A stretch of DNA of 64,000 nt, from contig OY762926.1 in NCBI GenBank assembly GCA_963666735.1, positions 2,048,001 to 2,112,000 on the forward strand. The letters run 5' to 3'. The notes under the pieces are model-generated. The model had not been told where the DNA came from and searched no databases. It saw only the letters and a program-made list of their open reading frames with translations. The translations under genes and the position numbers were made by a program. This DNA comes from Gemmatimonadota bacterium (lineage in GTDB: Bacteria > Gemmatimonadota > Gemmatimonadetes > Palauibacterales > Palauibacteraceae). Shown piece after piece: positions 12,084-21,393 of this stretch. Position 1 is the first letter of the stretch, and the number at the start of each line of letters is the position of its first letter.

Positions 12084-12818
12084 ATGATTCTTCCGGATGT
12101 CAGAGCTTCCTTCGGACGGGACGATGCGGCCCGGCTCGTCTACCTGCTCGCTCACGAGGGCGAGGACCGGACCCGCCTCGAGACGCTGGTCTCGGAGCGG
12201 GGCATCGACGCGCTGCTCGATCACCCGAAGGCGCCCGGCGCGCTCGCGGCCGAACCGGGCCTGTCGGCACTCCCGCTGGCGCTCTTCTCCTACGTGTCGC
12301 TGCGCCACAGCCTGCTCGAGGGCGGCGTCGAGTCCCGTCTCATGGCCGACTACGTGACCTCGATCTTCCTCCACTTCGCCAGGGAGGCGCGGGCACACCG
12401 GATCGCCGAATACGACGACTGCGAGTACCACTACCTCGTCGACCTGGTGGCGGAGATCGCGGAATCGGACGGTCGCCGCAGCTTTCTGCTCAGCGCTCAT
12501 CTCGGCAACTTCGCGCTCTGGCTGTCGGGCCTCTTCCCGGACTGGATCTGCACGCGGGAGCGACGGAGAGCGGGCCCCGACCTCGGCTACTACGAGGCGA
12601 TGGGCCAGACCGGCTTCTCGCTGGCCGCCGACGCCCCCTTCGCCCGCCGCCAGCGACTCGATGGCTGTTATCGCGACGCCGCGAAGACCTTCACCGCCCT
12701 CCGCGTCGCGCTGAACCGCTTTTCGGACCGATTCCTCACGCCCCGGCCGGCGTCTCCCGTCGACCGCCTGTTGAGGCAGGTCGTGGACGACTTCGAGGCG
12801 CAGCGGTTGCAGGCGTGA
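12084..12818 (+). CDS. Conserved hypothetical protein
   Basis: ATG after G-rich SD, normal protein composition (YLVDL, HLGNFALWLSGLFPD, YYEAMG); first gene of a co-directional run. Confidence 0.7.
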   Translation: MILPDVRASFGRDDAARLVYLLAHEGEDRTRLETLVSERGIDALLDHPKAPGALAAEPGLSALPLALFSYVSLRHSLLEGGVESRLMADYVTSIFLHFAREARAHRIAEYDDCEYHYLVDLVAEIAESDGRRSFLLSAHLGNFALWLSGLFPDWICTRERRRAGPDLGYYEAMGQTGFSLAADAPFARRQRLDGCYRDAAKTFTALRVALNRFSDRFLTPRPASPVDRLLRQVVDDFEAQRLQA

Positions 12819-12854
12819 CGAGCGCGCTTATCTTCTCAGCGCGTTGAGAACACC

Positions 12855-13367
12855 ATGACCACGGACACCCTCGCTCCCCGACCGCCGCTCGGCTGCGCCG
12901 CCGTGATGCTCGGCCTCTTCCGGGCCGCGCTACAGGAGCATCATCTGCCTGTCACCCATCAGCGGGAAGCGATATCCCGCGTGCTGTTCGAGTCGGGACA
13001 GCGACTCTCCGCGGACGAGGTCGTGGAACGCCTGCGGGGCGACGGCGAACGCGCGGGGAAGGCGACGGTGTATCGGACCCTGAGCCTCCTGGTTCGCGTC
13101 GGCCTCGCAACGGAGCACGATTTCGACGAGGGGTTCAAGCGATACGAGGCGAAGGTGGGCCGCGCGCAGCAGGACCACCTGATCTGCACGGCGTGCGGAG
13201 ACGTGGTCCGCTTCCAGCGCGATGAACTCAACCGGCTCCAGACGGAGGTGGCCGGGCAATTCGGTTTCCATGTACTGAGGCGTCAACTCAAGCTCTACGG
13301 GCTCTGCGCCCGCTGCGACGTCGAATCCGGCCCGGCGATTCGCCAGGTCAGCCAGGGGGTCCGCTGA
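12855..13367 (+). CDS. Fur-family transcriptional regulator
   Basis: VTHQREAI, ATVYRTL wHTH, HLICTACG and GLCARC Zn motifs. Confidence 0.9.
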   Translation: MTTDTLAPRPPLGCAAVMLGLFRAALQEHHLPVTHQREAISRVLFESGQRLSADEVVERLRGDGERAGKATVYRTLSLLVRVGLATEHDFDEGFKRYEAKVGRAQQDHLICTACGDVVRFQRDELNRLQTEVAGQFGFHVLRRQLKLYGLCARCDVESGPAIRQVSQGVR

Positions 13368-13957
13368 ATTCCGTCCATGATTCCGCCCATGATTCCGCTC
13401 AATCGAGACTTCTGAACCTGCTCGCCGAGCGCTCGTTCCGGCTCGGGGACTTCGTGCTCGCATCCGGTGCCCGGAGCGACTACTACATCGACTGCCGGAC
13501 CACGACCATGCACGCGCACGGGCAGGTGTTGATGGGCGAGGTCGGCCTCGCGGCCATCCGGGACGCCGGCCTCCGGCCGGATGCGGTCGGCGGCCTCACG
13601 ATGGGCGCGGATCCGCTGGCCTACGCGATCGCCGCCGACAGTTGGCGCGCGGGGGATCCGATCCACGCGTTTTCGGTCCGCAAGCGCGCCAAGCGGCACG
13701 GCAAGGGGCAGCGGATCGAGGGCTGCTTCGAGCCCGGCGCCCGTGTCGTCGTCGTCGAGGACGTGATCACGACCGGCGGATCCGCGTTCCAGGCGGTCGA
13801 GGCGGTGCATGGGGCGCGCGGCGAGGTGCTCGGCGTACTCGGCCTCGTGGACCGCGAGGAGGGGGGAAGAGCCACGTTGGAGGAGGCGGGTCTGCGGACG
13901 ATGGTACTCTATACGGCAAGCGATCTGAGGGCGGCGGTGGCCGCGGGAGAGAAATGA
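13364..13957 (+). CDS. pyrE: Orotate phosphoribosyltransferase (probable CTG start)
   Basis: GDFVLASG..SDYYIDCR, VRKRAKRHG, VVEDVITTGGS PRPP motif; conserved N-terminus extends upstream of the first GTG (13454); start position inferred. Confidence 0.88.
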   Translation: MNSVHDSAHDSAQSRLLNLLAERSFRLGDFVLASGARSDYYIDCRTTTMHAHGQVLMGEVGLAAIRDAGLRPDAVGGLTMGADPLAYAIAADSWRAGDPIHAFSVRKRAKRHGKGQRIEGCFEPGARVVVVEDVITTGGSAFQAVEAVHGARGEVLGVLGLVDREEGGRATLEEAGLRTMVLYTASDLRAAVAAGEK

Positions 13958-13958
13958 C

Positions 13959-14555
13959 GTGTCCGACCAGGATTTTCTGATATTCACGGATGCCGCCTGC
14001 GAGCGGATCCGATCGTTCATCGAAGAAGACCCCGCGGAAGGCCTCGCGGTGCGCGTCAGCGTCCAGAACGCGAGCCCGATCGCGCCGGAATACGAGATGG
14101 CGCTCATCGAACCCTTCGAGCGGGAAGCGAAGGACCAGTCGTTCGACGCGTCCGGCTTCGAGGTCGTCATCGACGCCGGGAGCGCGGACATCCTCGCGGG
14201 CACCCGCATCGACTGGGTGGAGTCGCTCCAGGGCTCGGGCTTTCATTTCAACAATCCCAACATCCAGCCGCTCGGCTCCAAGCCTCTGGACGGGCCCCTC
14301 GTCGACCGCGTGCGCCGCGTCATCGACGAGCAGATCAACCCGGGGGTGGCGTCGCATGGCGGCACCGTGCGTCTCGTCGACGTCCGCGACAACGTCGTCT
14401 ACGTCACGATGGGCGGCGGGTGCCAGGGCTGCGGCATGGCCTCCGTGACGCTCACGCAGGGGATCAAGCAGATGATCCGCGACGCGGCCCCCGAGATCGT
14501 CGACGTGCAGGACGTGACCGACCACGCCGCCGGCAGCAACCCCTATTACGCCTGA
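13959..14555 (+). CDS. nfuA: NfuA-type Fe-S biogenesis protein (degenerate A-type domain + NifU domain)
   Basis: FTDAA..I, GTRIDW...GFHFNNPN, INPGVASHGG, MGGGCQGC, DVTDH. Confidence 0.88.
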   Translation: MSDQDFLIFTDAACERIRSFIEEDPAEGLAVRVSVQNASPIAPEYEMALIEPFEREAKDQSFDASGFEVVIDAGSADILAGTRIDWVESLQGSGFHFNNPNIQPLGSKPLDGPLVDRVRRVIDEQINPGVASHGGTVRLVDVRDNVVYVTMGGGCQGCGMASVTLTQGIKQMIRDAAPEIVDVQDVTDHAAGSNPYYA

Positions 14556-14589
14556 GTTACGCCTGACTTACGCCTGACTTACGCCTGAC
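14546..14589. repeat. Tandem repeat, 4 x 11 bp, spanning the nfuA stop codon
   Basis: TTACGCCTGA(G/C) at 14546, 14557, 14568, 14579. Confidence 0.9.
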
Positions 14590-14939
14590 TACTTCTTCTT
14601 GCGCGGCTTGAGGAAGACGTGCAGCGCCGTCGCCACGATCGACATGATGAGCGCACCCCCGACCGCCGTGACGAGACCGTCGAGTTCGAACCCCGGGATC
14701 AGTGACGCGGCCAGTTGGAACATCAGGCCGTTGAGGACGAAGTAGAACAGTCCCAGCGTCAGGACGGTGATCGGGAAGGTCACAAGGCGCAGCACCGGCC
14801 GCACGATCGCGTTGATGAGGCCGAGCGCGAGCGCCCCGCCGATGAGCGCCGCCGCGCTCTCGACCCGCACTCCGGTGAGGAGCCGCGCGGTCAAGTACAG
14901 CGCCGCCGCGTTGACGAGCCAGCTCCGGATCAAGCCCAT
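14589..14939 (-). CDS. Phage-holin-family / YvlD-like 4-TM membrane protein
   Basis: LINAIVRPVL..TFPITVLTLGLF..VLNG motif. Confidence 0.85.
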   Translation of the reverse strand: MGLIRSWLVNAAALYLTARLLTGVRVESAAALIGGALALGLINAIVRPVLRLVTFPITVLTLGLFYFVLNGLMFQLAASLIPGFELDGLVTAVGGALIMSIVATALHVFLKPRKKK

Positions 14940-14973
14940 GAATCGCCCTCCGCGGCGGCCGCCGGCACCGCCG

Positions 14974-17900
14974 TCAGAAGCCGGGCGTCAGATTGAACTG
15001 CCAGATCCAGCCTTTTTCCGGGCGATCGAAGGGCCGGACGAAACTGAGTTCGGCGATCATGAGGCCGAAGAGGTTGACCCTCGTCAGCAAGCCGGCGCTC
15101 GACACCCAGTCCCGATCCTCGAAGCCGCAGTCGCCGGTCGGACAGTTGAGGGCCGTCTCGCCCGACCACGCCTTGCCCATGTCATAGAAGACGCCCACTT
15201 CGACCGGCGGTACGCCCGGGGCCCGGATCACCCCGATCCCGCCCAGGAGGGGAAGCCGCAACTCCAGGTTCCCTACCGCCACCCGGCTTCCCGTGAGGTT
15301 TTCGAACAGGGGGCACCTGAAGAGTCCGGCCTGGCCGCCGGCGCCGGTGCACTCCGCGATCCCGATGGACCTGTTCCCGTAACCGCGCACGAGCGACGGC
15401 ACGCCGAGATAGAGTCGTCCGAGACGCCAGTCGTCCGAACCGCCCCCCCAGCGGCCGAAATGAAGGGCCCGGCCGGCCACCGTGAAGGGTCCGGCGCGGA
15501 CGTACCGGCGGACGTCGCCCGTCACCGTCAGGAAGTCGAGGGTTCCCACCGCCGGCTCCACTTCCAGACGGTAGCGCTGTCCGGCGATCGGGCTCGTGCC
15601 GCCGAAGATGGAACTGTCGTATACGAGGGCGACGCTTCCGCTCGCCGTGTAGAGCGACTCCGGCGCGCACGGATCCTGCCCGAATGACAGCGTCTCCCCC
15701 TCACAGTCCCGCAGATCGGTCTCCTCCGTGGCCAGCAACTGGCCCGTGAAGGAGTCGATCCCGAACTCCTCGATCTCGCCGGAGAAGTCGATCTGACGCG
15801 CGGACGCGGAGAATTCGATCCGCGAGTTGCGGTTGAACGGATAGGCGACGATGCCGGTCAGCTCCCGGTTGATCTCGAACCAGCGGAAGTCCCGGAAGAC
15901 GCTCACCGGCCGGTCCCCCACCAGGACGTGCTGCACCGACAACTGGCGCGTGACCAGCGGCACCTGCCCACCGATGAACGCCCAGTTCCAGCGGCTCGAC
16001 AGGTTCTCGTAGCCGGCGAGAAGCGCCGTCCCCTGGACCACGTTCCCGAAGCTCGTGTTGACCTGCAGGATCGTCTGGAGCGTCCGGTTCCCGAGCAGGT
16101 CCGAGAAAAACAGCGCCGCGCCACCCGCGAAGAAGACCCCGAAGTCGCTCGCTCCGAAGGCGATCGTGGGCTGCGAGATGAAATCGAGGGACAGCTGCGA
16201 GCGGTACTCGTCGTCCTCGAAGGTGATCGGGTCGGCCAGGCCCAGGCGAGCGTTGGTGAGGAGTTCCGCGTGGGCGGTCGACATCCGCTCCCGGGGCGGG
16301 ATGATCGAGGCGTCGACCCCCACGAGCATCTCCGGAGCGGGCTGGCCGGCCAGGACCTCCGGATCGTCGGCCACGTAGATCTCGTAGCTGAACGGCCCGC
16401 CCTTGTTGACGCTGAAGGCGACATCGCCCGTGCCGCGCGCCACGGAGATGGCCGGGCTTATGGCCGTGAGTCCGCTCACGCCGGTCCACAGATCGGTGAT
16501 CAGGTAGCGCTCGCGCGTCTCGAGGTCGAGCCGGTAGAGATTCGCGATCCCGTCGTGGTCCGACACGAAGTACAGGTTCCGGCCGTCCGGGGCCCACTGC
16601 GGATTGTAGTTCCGGAACTGGTCGTCAAAGCCCGGCAGCCCCTGGATCTCACCGCTCTCCAGGTCCAGCAGCGCGATCTGGTAGGGACCCGCGACGAGCA
16701 ACTCCAGGTCGGTCGTGTACCGATCCGTGGTGAACGCGAGCGACCGCCCGTCGGGCGACCAGGCGGGCTGGAGGTCCGCAAAGGGGTCCGCCGTGAGCCG
16801 CGTCAACTGCTCCGTCTCGATGTTGACGAGGTACAGATCCGTGAAGCCGGCGGAATGGCCGCTGAACGCGACGTGCGACCCGTCGGGCGACCAGCTCGGC
16901 GTGAAGATCGCGCCCAACTGGAATCCCCGGAGCCGGATCTCCTTCACGATGTTCCCGGTCGCCGCCTCCATGATCGTGAGCAGGGGATCGCCGGTCTTGA
17001 TGCCGGCGATCGCGAGCAGGCGGCCGTTCGGGTGCCAATCCCCCGCCGAATGGATGAACTGGAGACTCTCGAAGTGCGGATCCACCGCGTTGTTCGTCAG
17101 GCGGCGCTTGACCTCGCCCGTGCGCGCGTCCGCGAGGAACATCTCGAGGGAGAAGAGGTCGCTCTGCGAGACGTAGACCACCTCATCGCCATCCGGGCTG
17201 ATCGCCGGACCGAGATTGAGCTTCCCTTCCTCGACAGGCTCGTAGATGACGCGGCGGCCGTACTCGTCGGGCGAGTTCGTCTCCTGCCGCGCATCCGCGA
17301 AATAGGTCTCGAGTTCGCTCTTCCAGCGGTCGGAGAGTTCCCCGATCGGGACTTCCAGCACGGCCTCGATCGCGGCCAGCGCGTTTCCGGTGCGCGCCGC
17401 GAGGTTGAGGATCCGCCCGATGCGGTCGTCCCCGAACGCGCCGCCGACGTAGGACCAGAAGGCGTGTCCGTAGCGGTACGGGAAGAACCGCGGGTTGCCG
17501 AGTTCAGGGATCGTCGGAAACCCGTCTTCCAGATCCAGCGCGTCCCGCATCCACATCGTGGTGAACGGGTCGATGGGGCCGACGGAGAGATATTCGGCCA
17601 TCCCTTCGATGAACCACAGCGGGAGCCGGATCGCGCCGGGAATGTCCAGCCCGGGGCCGCCCGTCCCCTGCCCCGTCATGTCGAACTGGAAGGCGTGCAC
17701 GAGTTCATGTCCGAGGAGGTGATCCGTCTCGTGCATCGAGACCATCATCGGCATGACGAGCCGTCGCTTCAGGATCTCGGTGAATCCCTGGGTGCCCTCG
17801 TCGATGAACTGTCCGGAGGTATTCGTCTGCTCGAAGTCCGGGTGGTCGGCGTAGAGGATGATCGGCTGGCGCTGGCGGAACTCGTGGTTGAGCACCCGCG

Positions 17901-18138
17901 AGATGCGAGCGTACCAGCGCTCGGCCTGGCGGCCGATCATCTGCGCGCCGGCCGCGCTCTCGTCGTAGTAGTAGATGTCGAAGTTCTCGGTCTTGAGCAC
18001 TTCGAAGTCGAAGGACTCGTAGACGACCTTGTTCCGCCCGAAATACCGGCCGGCCTGCGCCTCCAGCGCGGCGGCCGCGGGGCCCGAGAAGACCGCCAGA
18101 GCGGCGAGCGCGACGAGCGCGTGGGTTCTCCGAAGCAT
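14974..18138 (-). CDS. Secreted fusion: HExxH metallopeptidase-like domain + TolB/PD40 propeller + Omp85-type beta-barrel
   Basis: Signal peptide, YFGRNKV, HELVH..PLWFIEGMAEY, repeated P.WSPDG, C-terminal barrel with VRGY motif and terminal Phe. Confidence 0.82.
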   Translation of the reverse strand: MLRRTHALVALAALAVFSGPAAAALEAQAGRYFGRNKVVYESFDFEVLKTENFDIYYYDESAAGAQMIGRQAERWYARISRVLNHEFRQRQPIILYADHPDFEQTNTSGQFIDEGTQGFTEILKRRLVMPMMVSMHETDHLLGHELVHAFQFDMTGQGTGGPGLDIPGAIRLPLWFIEGMAEYLSVGPIDPFTTMWMRDALDLEDGFPTIPELGNPRFFPYRYGHAFWSYVGGAFGDDRIGRILNLAARTGNALAAIEAVLEVPIGELSDRWKSELETYFADARQETNSPDEYGRRVIYEPVEEGKLNLGPAISPDGDEVVYVSQSDLFSLEMFLADARTGEVKRRLTNNAVDPHFESLQFIHSAGDWHPNGRLLAIAGIKTGDPLLTIMEAATGNIVKEIRLRGFQLGAIFTPSWSPDGSHVAFSGHSAGFTDLYLVNIETEQLTRLTADPFADLQPAWSPDGRSLAFTTDRYTTDLELLVAGPYQIALLDLESGEIQGLPGFDDQFRNYNPQWAPDGRNLYFVSDHDGIANLYRLDLETRERYLITDLWTGVSGLTAISPAISVARGTGDVAFSVNKGGPFSYEIYVADDPEVLAGQPAPEMLVGVDASIIPPRERMSTAHAELLTNARLGLADPITFEDDEYRSQLSLDFISQPTIAFGASDFGVFFAGGAALFFSDLLGNRTLQTILQVNTSFGNVVQGTALLAGYENLSSRWNWAFIGGQVPLVTRQLSVQHVLVGDRPVSVFRDFRWFEINRELTGIVAYPFNRNSRIEFSASARQIDFSGEIEEFGIDSFTGQLLATEETDLRDCEGETLSFGQDPCAPESLYTASGSVALVYDSSIFGGTSPIAGQRYRLEVEPAVGTLDFLTVTGDVRRYVRAGPFTVAGRALHFGRWGGGSDDWRLGRLYLGVPSLVRGYGNRSIGIAECTGAGGQAGLFRCPLFENLTGSRVAVGNLELRLPLLGGIGVIRAPGVPPVEVGVFYDMGKAWSGETALNCPTGDCGFEDRDWVSSAGLLTRVNLFGLMIAELSFVRPFDRPEKGWIWQFNLTPGF

Positions 18139-18337
18139 ACATCCTCCACCAGGAGACCACTGCTTTCGACCGTCCCGGGTTCCTGGGGCCCCGGGGGACG
18201 GTGCCGCCTCGCGGACGGCAAGCAGTCAGGGGGTGCCGAAAGCTACCCGCGGCGCCGGACCTTCGCTATTCCGCTCTAGCACGACTGAAGCGCGCGCGAG
18301 GTCACGTCCCCGCCGCCCGCCGGCTCCCCCGCGACCG

Positions 18338-18976
18338 TCAGCAGGGGCGCATGAACCCGCCGAGCGTTTCGCGGGCGCGGTCGGCCGCCGGCTCCTCCAC
18401 GAAGGGACCGGCCACGACGCGGTACACATCCTCGTATGGCTCGATCGAGGCTTCGAACCCCGCCCGCGCGACCTCCTCGCGTTTCGCCTCGGCGCTTCGA
18501 CGCTCCCGAAAGGCGGCGACCTGGACGACGACGCACCCCCCGAGCGCCGAGACCGCGTTCGGCGGTCCGACGACGGTAATCCGTACTTGCGCCGTGCCGG
18601 GCCCGATCATTCCGAGGGCCCTCGCCGCGGCCCGGGACACGTCCAGGATGCGGCCGCGCACGAAGGGGCCGCGATCGGTCACCGGGAGTTCGATGGAGCG
18701 CCCGTTGTCGAGGTTGTCCACGAGGATCCGGGTCCCGAACGGGATCGTCTGGTGGGCGGCCGATGTGCCGTCCATGTCGTAGGTGCCCCCTGCCGCCGTG
18801 TTCCGGCCGTGAAACGGTTCCCCGTACCACGAGGCGATGCCGGTCTGCGTCCAGCCGACGGCGTAAGGCGGAGGAGCGTCTGATGGCGTCGTCGCGAGCG
18901 GCACGGACCACACGCAGGCCTGCCCGGAGAACGCGGTGGCGAGCGCCACGGCGAACGCGGCCCCTCGCCGGCTCAG
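18338..18976 (-). CDS. rlpA: Septal ring lytic transglycosylase RlpA (DPBB + SPOR), probable CTG start
   Basis: GIASWYG..FHGR.TA.G..YDM, AAH.TIPFGT, DRGPF..RILDVS, C-terminal SPOR (VQVAAF, YRVVAGPF). Confidence 0.88.
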   Translation of the reverse strand: MSRRGAAFAVALATAFSGQACVWSVPLATTPSDAPPPYAVGWTQTGIASWYGEPFHGRNTAAGGTYDMDGTSAAHQTIPFGTRILVDNLDNGRSIELPVTDRGPFVRGRILDVSRAAARALGMIGPGTAQVRITVVGPPNAVSALGGCVVVQVAAFRERRSAEAKREEVARAGFEASIEPYEDVYRVVAGPFVEEPAADRARETLGGFMRPC

Positions 18977-20346
18977 AGCGCCCCCCGCTCCCAGGGCCCC
19001 CAGATCGCGAACGTCCGGCCGAGATGCCCCGGGCCCATGGAGATCGTGTCTCCCTGCAGGTTGACGAAGAGCGTCCGGCCATCGGGACTGAAGCAGGCGC
19101 CGGCGAACTCGCGCACGTTCAGGAGGTTCCGGGCGAAGGGAAAGATCTCCCCTGCGGGCGACAACCCGCGGAGGTGCGTCGTGCCGGAGTTGTCCTCGCA
19201 GATGAGGATCCCGCCCCGGGGGCTCACCGTGAGGTTGTCCGGACCGGAGAGCACGTCCTCCGACGACGACTCGAAGACGAGCGCGAGCGCCTCCTCCTCC
19301 GGCACGTACCGCCAAACCTGGCCCAGTTGGGCGTCGCCCCCGTTCGTCGCGTGGAAGTAGAGGCTCCGGTCCGCGTGCCAGCACCCCTCGAGCCGGGAGA
19401 ACCGGGCCCCGCCCGCCTCGAACCCCTCCGTCCACACCGTGGTCGCGCTGCGCTCGGCCTCGGGAGGGTCGGGGTTCTCGATCGGCACCCATTCGACTTC
19501 GCGCCACGCGCCCGGCTGCTGGCCGGTGCGGAGATCCACCTGCGGCTCCCCTCGCACGGCGAGCATCTCCAGAACGCCCCCATCCCGCAGAACGCCGGGA
19601 GTATGGGGCCGAAAGCGATAGAACCCCGAGCGACGATTGTAGTCTTCCGTCTCGTAGACGAACCCCGTCTCGGGGTCCACCGCGATGGCCTCATGCGTGA
19701 ACCGTCCCATGGCCCGTAACGGCTCGGCGCGGACCGCTTCTTCCGCGTCGGCGGGGACCTCGAACACGTACCCGTGCGGCGCCGTCCAGCCGCGCCCCGG
19801 GCCGAAGGTCGTCTCCTCGCACGTCAGCCAGCTGCGCCACGGAGTCGTCCCTCCCGCGCAATTGATCATCGTCCCTCCCGCGCTCACGAAGTCCCGCACG
19901 AGGACGGGACCCCCGTCCGCCTCGATCCGGACCTCCAGCGTCGTCGTGCCGCCGCCCGCGAGCGGATCGTAGGCCAGTTCGGGGGGCACGAGCGGAACCG
20001 CGACGCCGGGAGGGTCCTGGTCTTCGTGGTTTCGCACCAGGCGAACGACTGCGTCGCTCACCGGGAAGAGTCCCATTCCATCGTGGGCGCGGGGCGTGGG
20101 CCGACCGTCCGACATCGGGCGGCCCTCCACGCTGAGAACGACGTAGGAAAACCCCTCGGGGAGGGCGAGTTCCGGGCCCGCCGGGCTCAGGGGGCCGTAT
20201 CCGGCGGATCCGGGGGCTGTCCGGCGCGTGGACGCGGTTGTGGGTCCGGCGCACGCCGCCAGACCCGAGAGCGAGGGCGCGAGCGCCGCGGTTCCCGCCC
20301 AGCGTCCCGCGCGACGCACGAAATCCCGTCTGTCGATCTTGCTCAG
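18973..20346 (-). CDS. PhoX/DUF839-family alkaline phosphatase with Tat signal, probable CTG start
   Basis: DRRDFV Tat motif, HDGM, RNHE, NCAGG.TPW..WLTCEE, GRFTHEA, RLEG, PDNL, ICED, EFAGACFSPDG. Confidence 0.87.
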   Translation of the reverse strand: MSKIDRRDFVRRAGRWAGTAALAPSLSGLAACAGPTTASTRRTAPGSAGYGPLSPAGPELALPEGFSYVVLSVEGRPMSDGRPTPRAHDGMGLFPVSDAVVRLVRNHEDQDPPGVAVPLVPPELAYDPLAGGGTTTLEVRIEADGGPVLVRDFVSAGGTMINCAGGTTPWRSWLTCEETTFGPGRGWTAPHGYVFEVPADAEEAVRAEPLRAMGRFTHEAIAVDPETGFVYETEDYNRRSGFYRFRPHTPGVLRDGGVLEMLAVRGEPQVDLRTGQQPGAWREVEWVPIENPDPPEAERSATTVWTEGFEAGGARFSRLEGCWHADRSLYFHATNGGDAQLGQVWRYVPEEEALALVFESSSEDVLSGPDNLTVSPRGGILICEDNSGTTHLRGLSPAGEIFPFARNLLNVREFAGACFSPDGRTLFVNLQGDTISMGPGHLGRTFAIWGPWERGAL

Positions 20347-20593
20347 CGGCTCCTCCGTAACGCTTCGGGCGGCACCCGCGGCATGTTGCGGGGTACGGGA
20401 AAGACCGGGGTTGCCGGTTTCCCGGCCGAACCCCGGACTAAACGCGAACCGGACAGGGAGTATCCTAAAAGGTCGGTGGATCGCTCGCACCGCGACATCC
20501 ATCGGCATCGGTACGGCACCGTGGGCATGGTGGGCATCGTGCCCGCAGCGCGTGCCAAGGCCGAGGGAGCCATCGAAGAGGAGAGAGATCGAC

Positions 20594-21373
20594 ATGCGGC
20601 ACCCGTTCGCGCGCCTTCAGGGGCCTGTCCTGTTTCTGGTCGTCGCAAACTCCGCGGCGGCCCAGTCGTTCGCCGACTTCTGTCCCGGCGGGGACGAAGC
20701 GACGCAAGCGGCGGTCGTGGGCTATGTGACGGATCCTGAAGCGGAGACGATCGTCCCCGGTGCGACCGTGGCGGCGAGTTGGGTGCAGGATGACGCCCGC
20801 CGGCGGATCGAAGTACAGACGGACATTCAGGGTCTGTATGCGCTCTGCGGACTGCCCCGCGACACGGAAGTCGTGCTGCGGGCGCTTCTGGGAGACCGGC
20901 GCGGCGAAGCCGTCCCCTATACCACGTCCGCCACGCTGGCCCAGTCGGATCTCTTCATTTCGCTTACCGGGGAGCCCGAGACGAGAGAGGAGGTCGGATC
21001 GCTGGCCGGCGGCGGCGGCAGGGGCCAGGCGTTCAGTTCGGAGGTGATCCGCGCGGAGGATCTCCTTCATCTGCCCGAGATGAGCGTGTACGAGCTTCTT
21101 CGCCGACACCAACTCCTCAGATTCGACCGGGTGAGCACGCTGGGCGAGGTCATCCTCCTCACGTCCGCCACATCGAGCCTCCGCGCCGGCCGTCTGCAGT
21201 CCGTCCAGGTGAGGATCAACGAGCGGCGGGAGGTGGACGGCGTCGCGGCGATCCGCGACCTGTCGATCGATGAGATCGGCCGCATCGAGATCCTGACGCG
21301 TACCGAGGCGTCCGCGCGCTACGGCGGAGACGGTTTCGTCGGAGCGATCGTGATCACGACGCGAGACCGCTAG
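20594..21373 (+). CDS. Secreted protein: carboxypeptidase-regulatory-like domain + TonB-plug-like C-terminus (paralog 1)
   Basis: Signal peptide, VGYVTD...VPGATV, G.Y.LCGLP, I..IEIL....A.ARYG....GAIVITT. Confidence 0.7.
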   Translation: MRHPFARLQGPVLFLVVANSAAAQSFADFCPGGDEATQAAVVGYVTDPEAETIVPGATVAASWVQDDARRRIEVQTDIQGLYALCGLPRDTEVVLRALLGDRRGEAVPYTTSATLAQSDLFISLTGEPETREEVGSLAGGGGRGQAFSSEVIRAEDLLHLPEMSVYELLRRHQLLRFDRVSTLGEVILLTSATSSLRAGRLQSVQVRINERREVDGVAAIRDLSIDEIGRIEILTRTEASARYGGDGFVGAIVITTRDR

Positions 21374-21393
21374 GTTCAAGGAGAGAAGTCGAC

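Noticed and set aside
14589..14939. Prophage lysis cassette
   Set aside because: The holin-family protein is a common chromosomal YvlD-type gene; no phage genes nearby.
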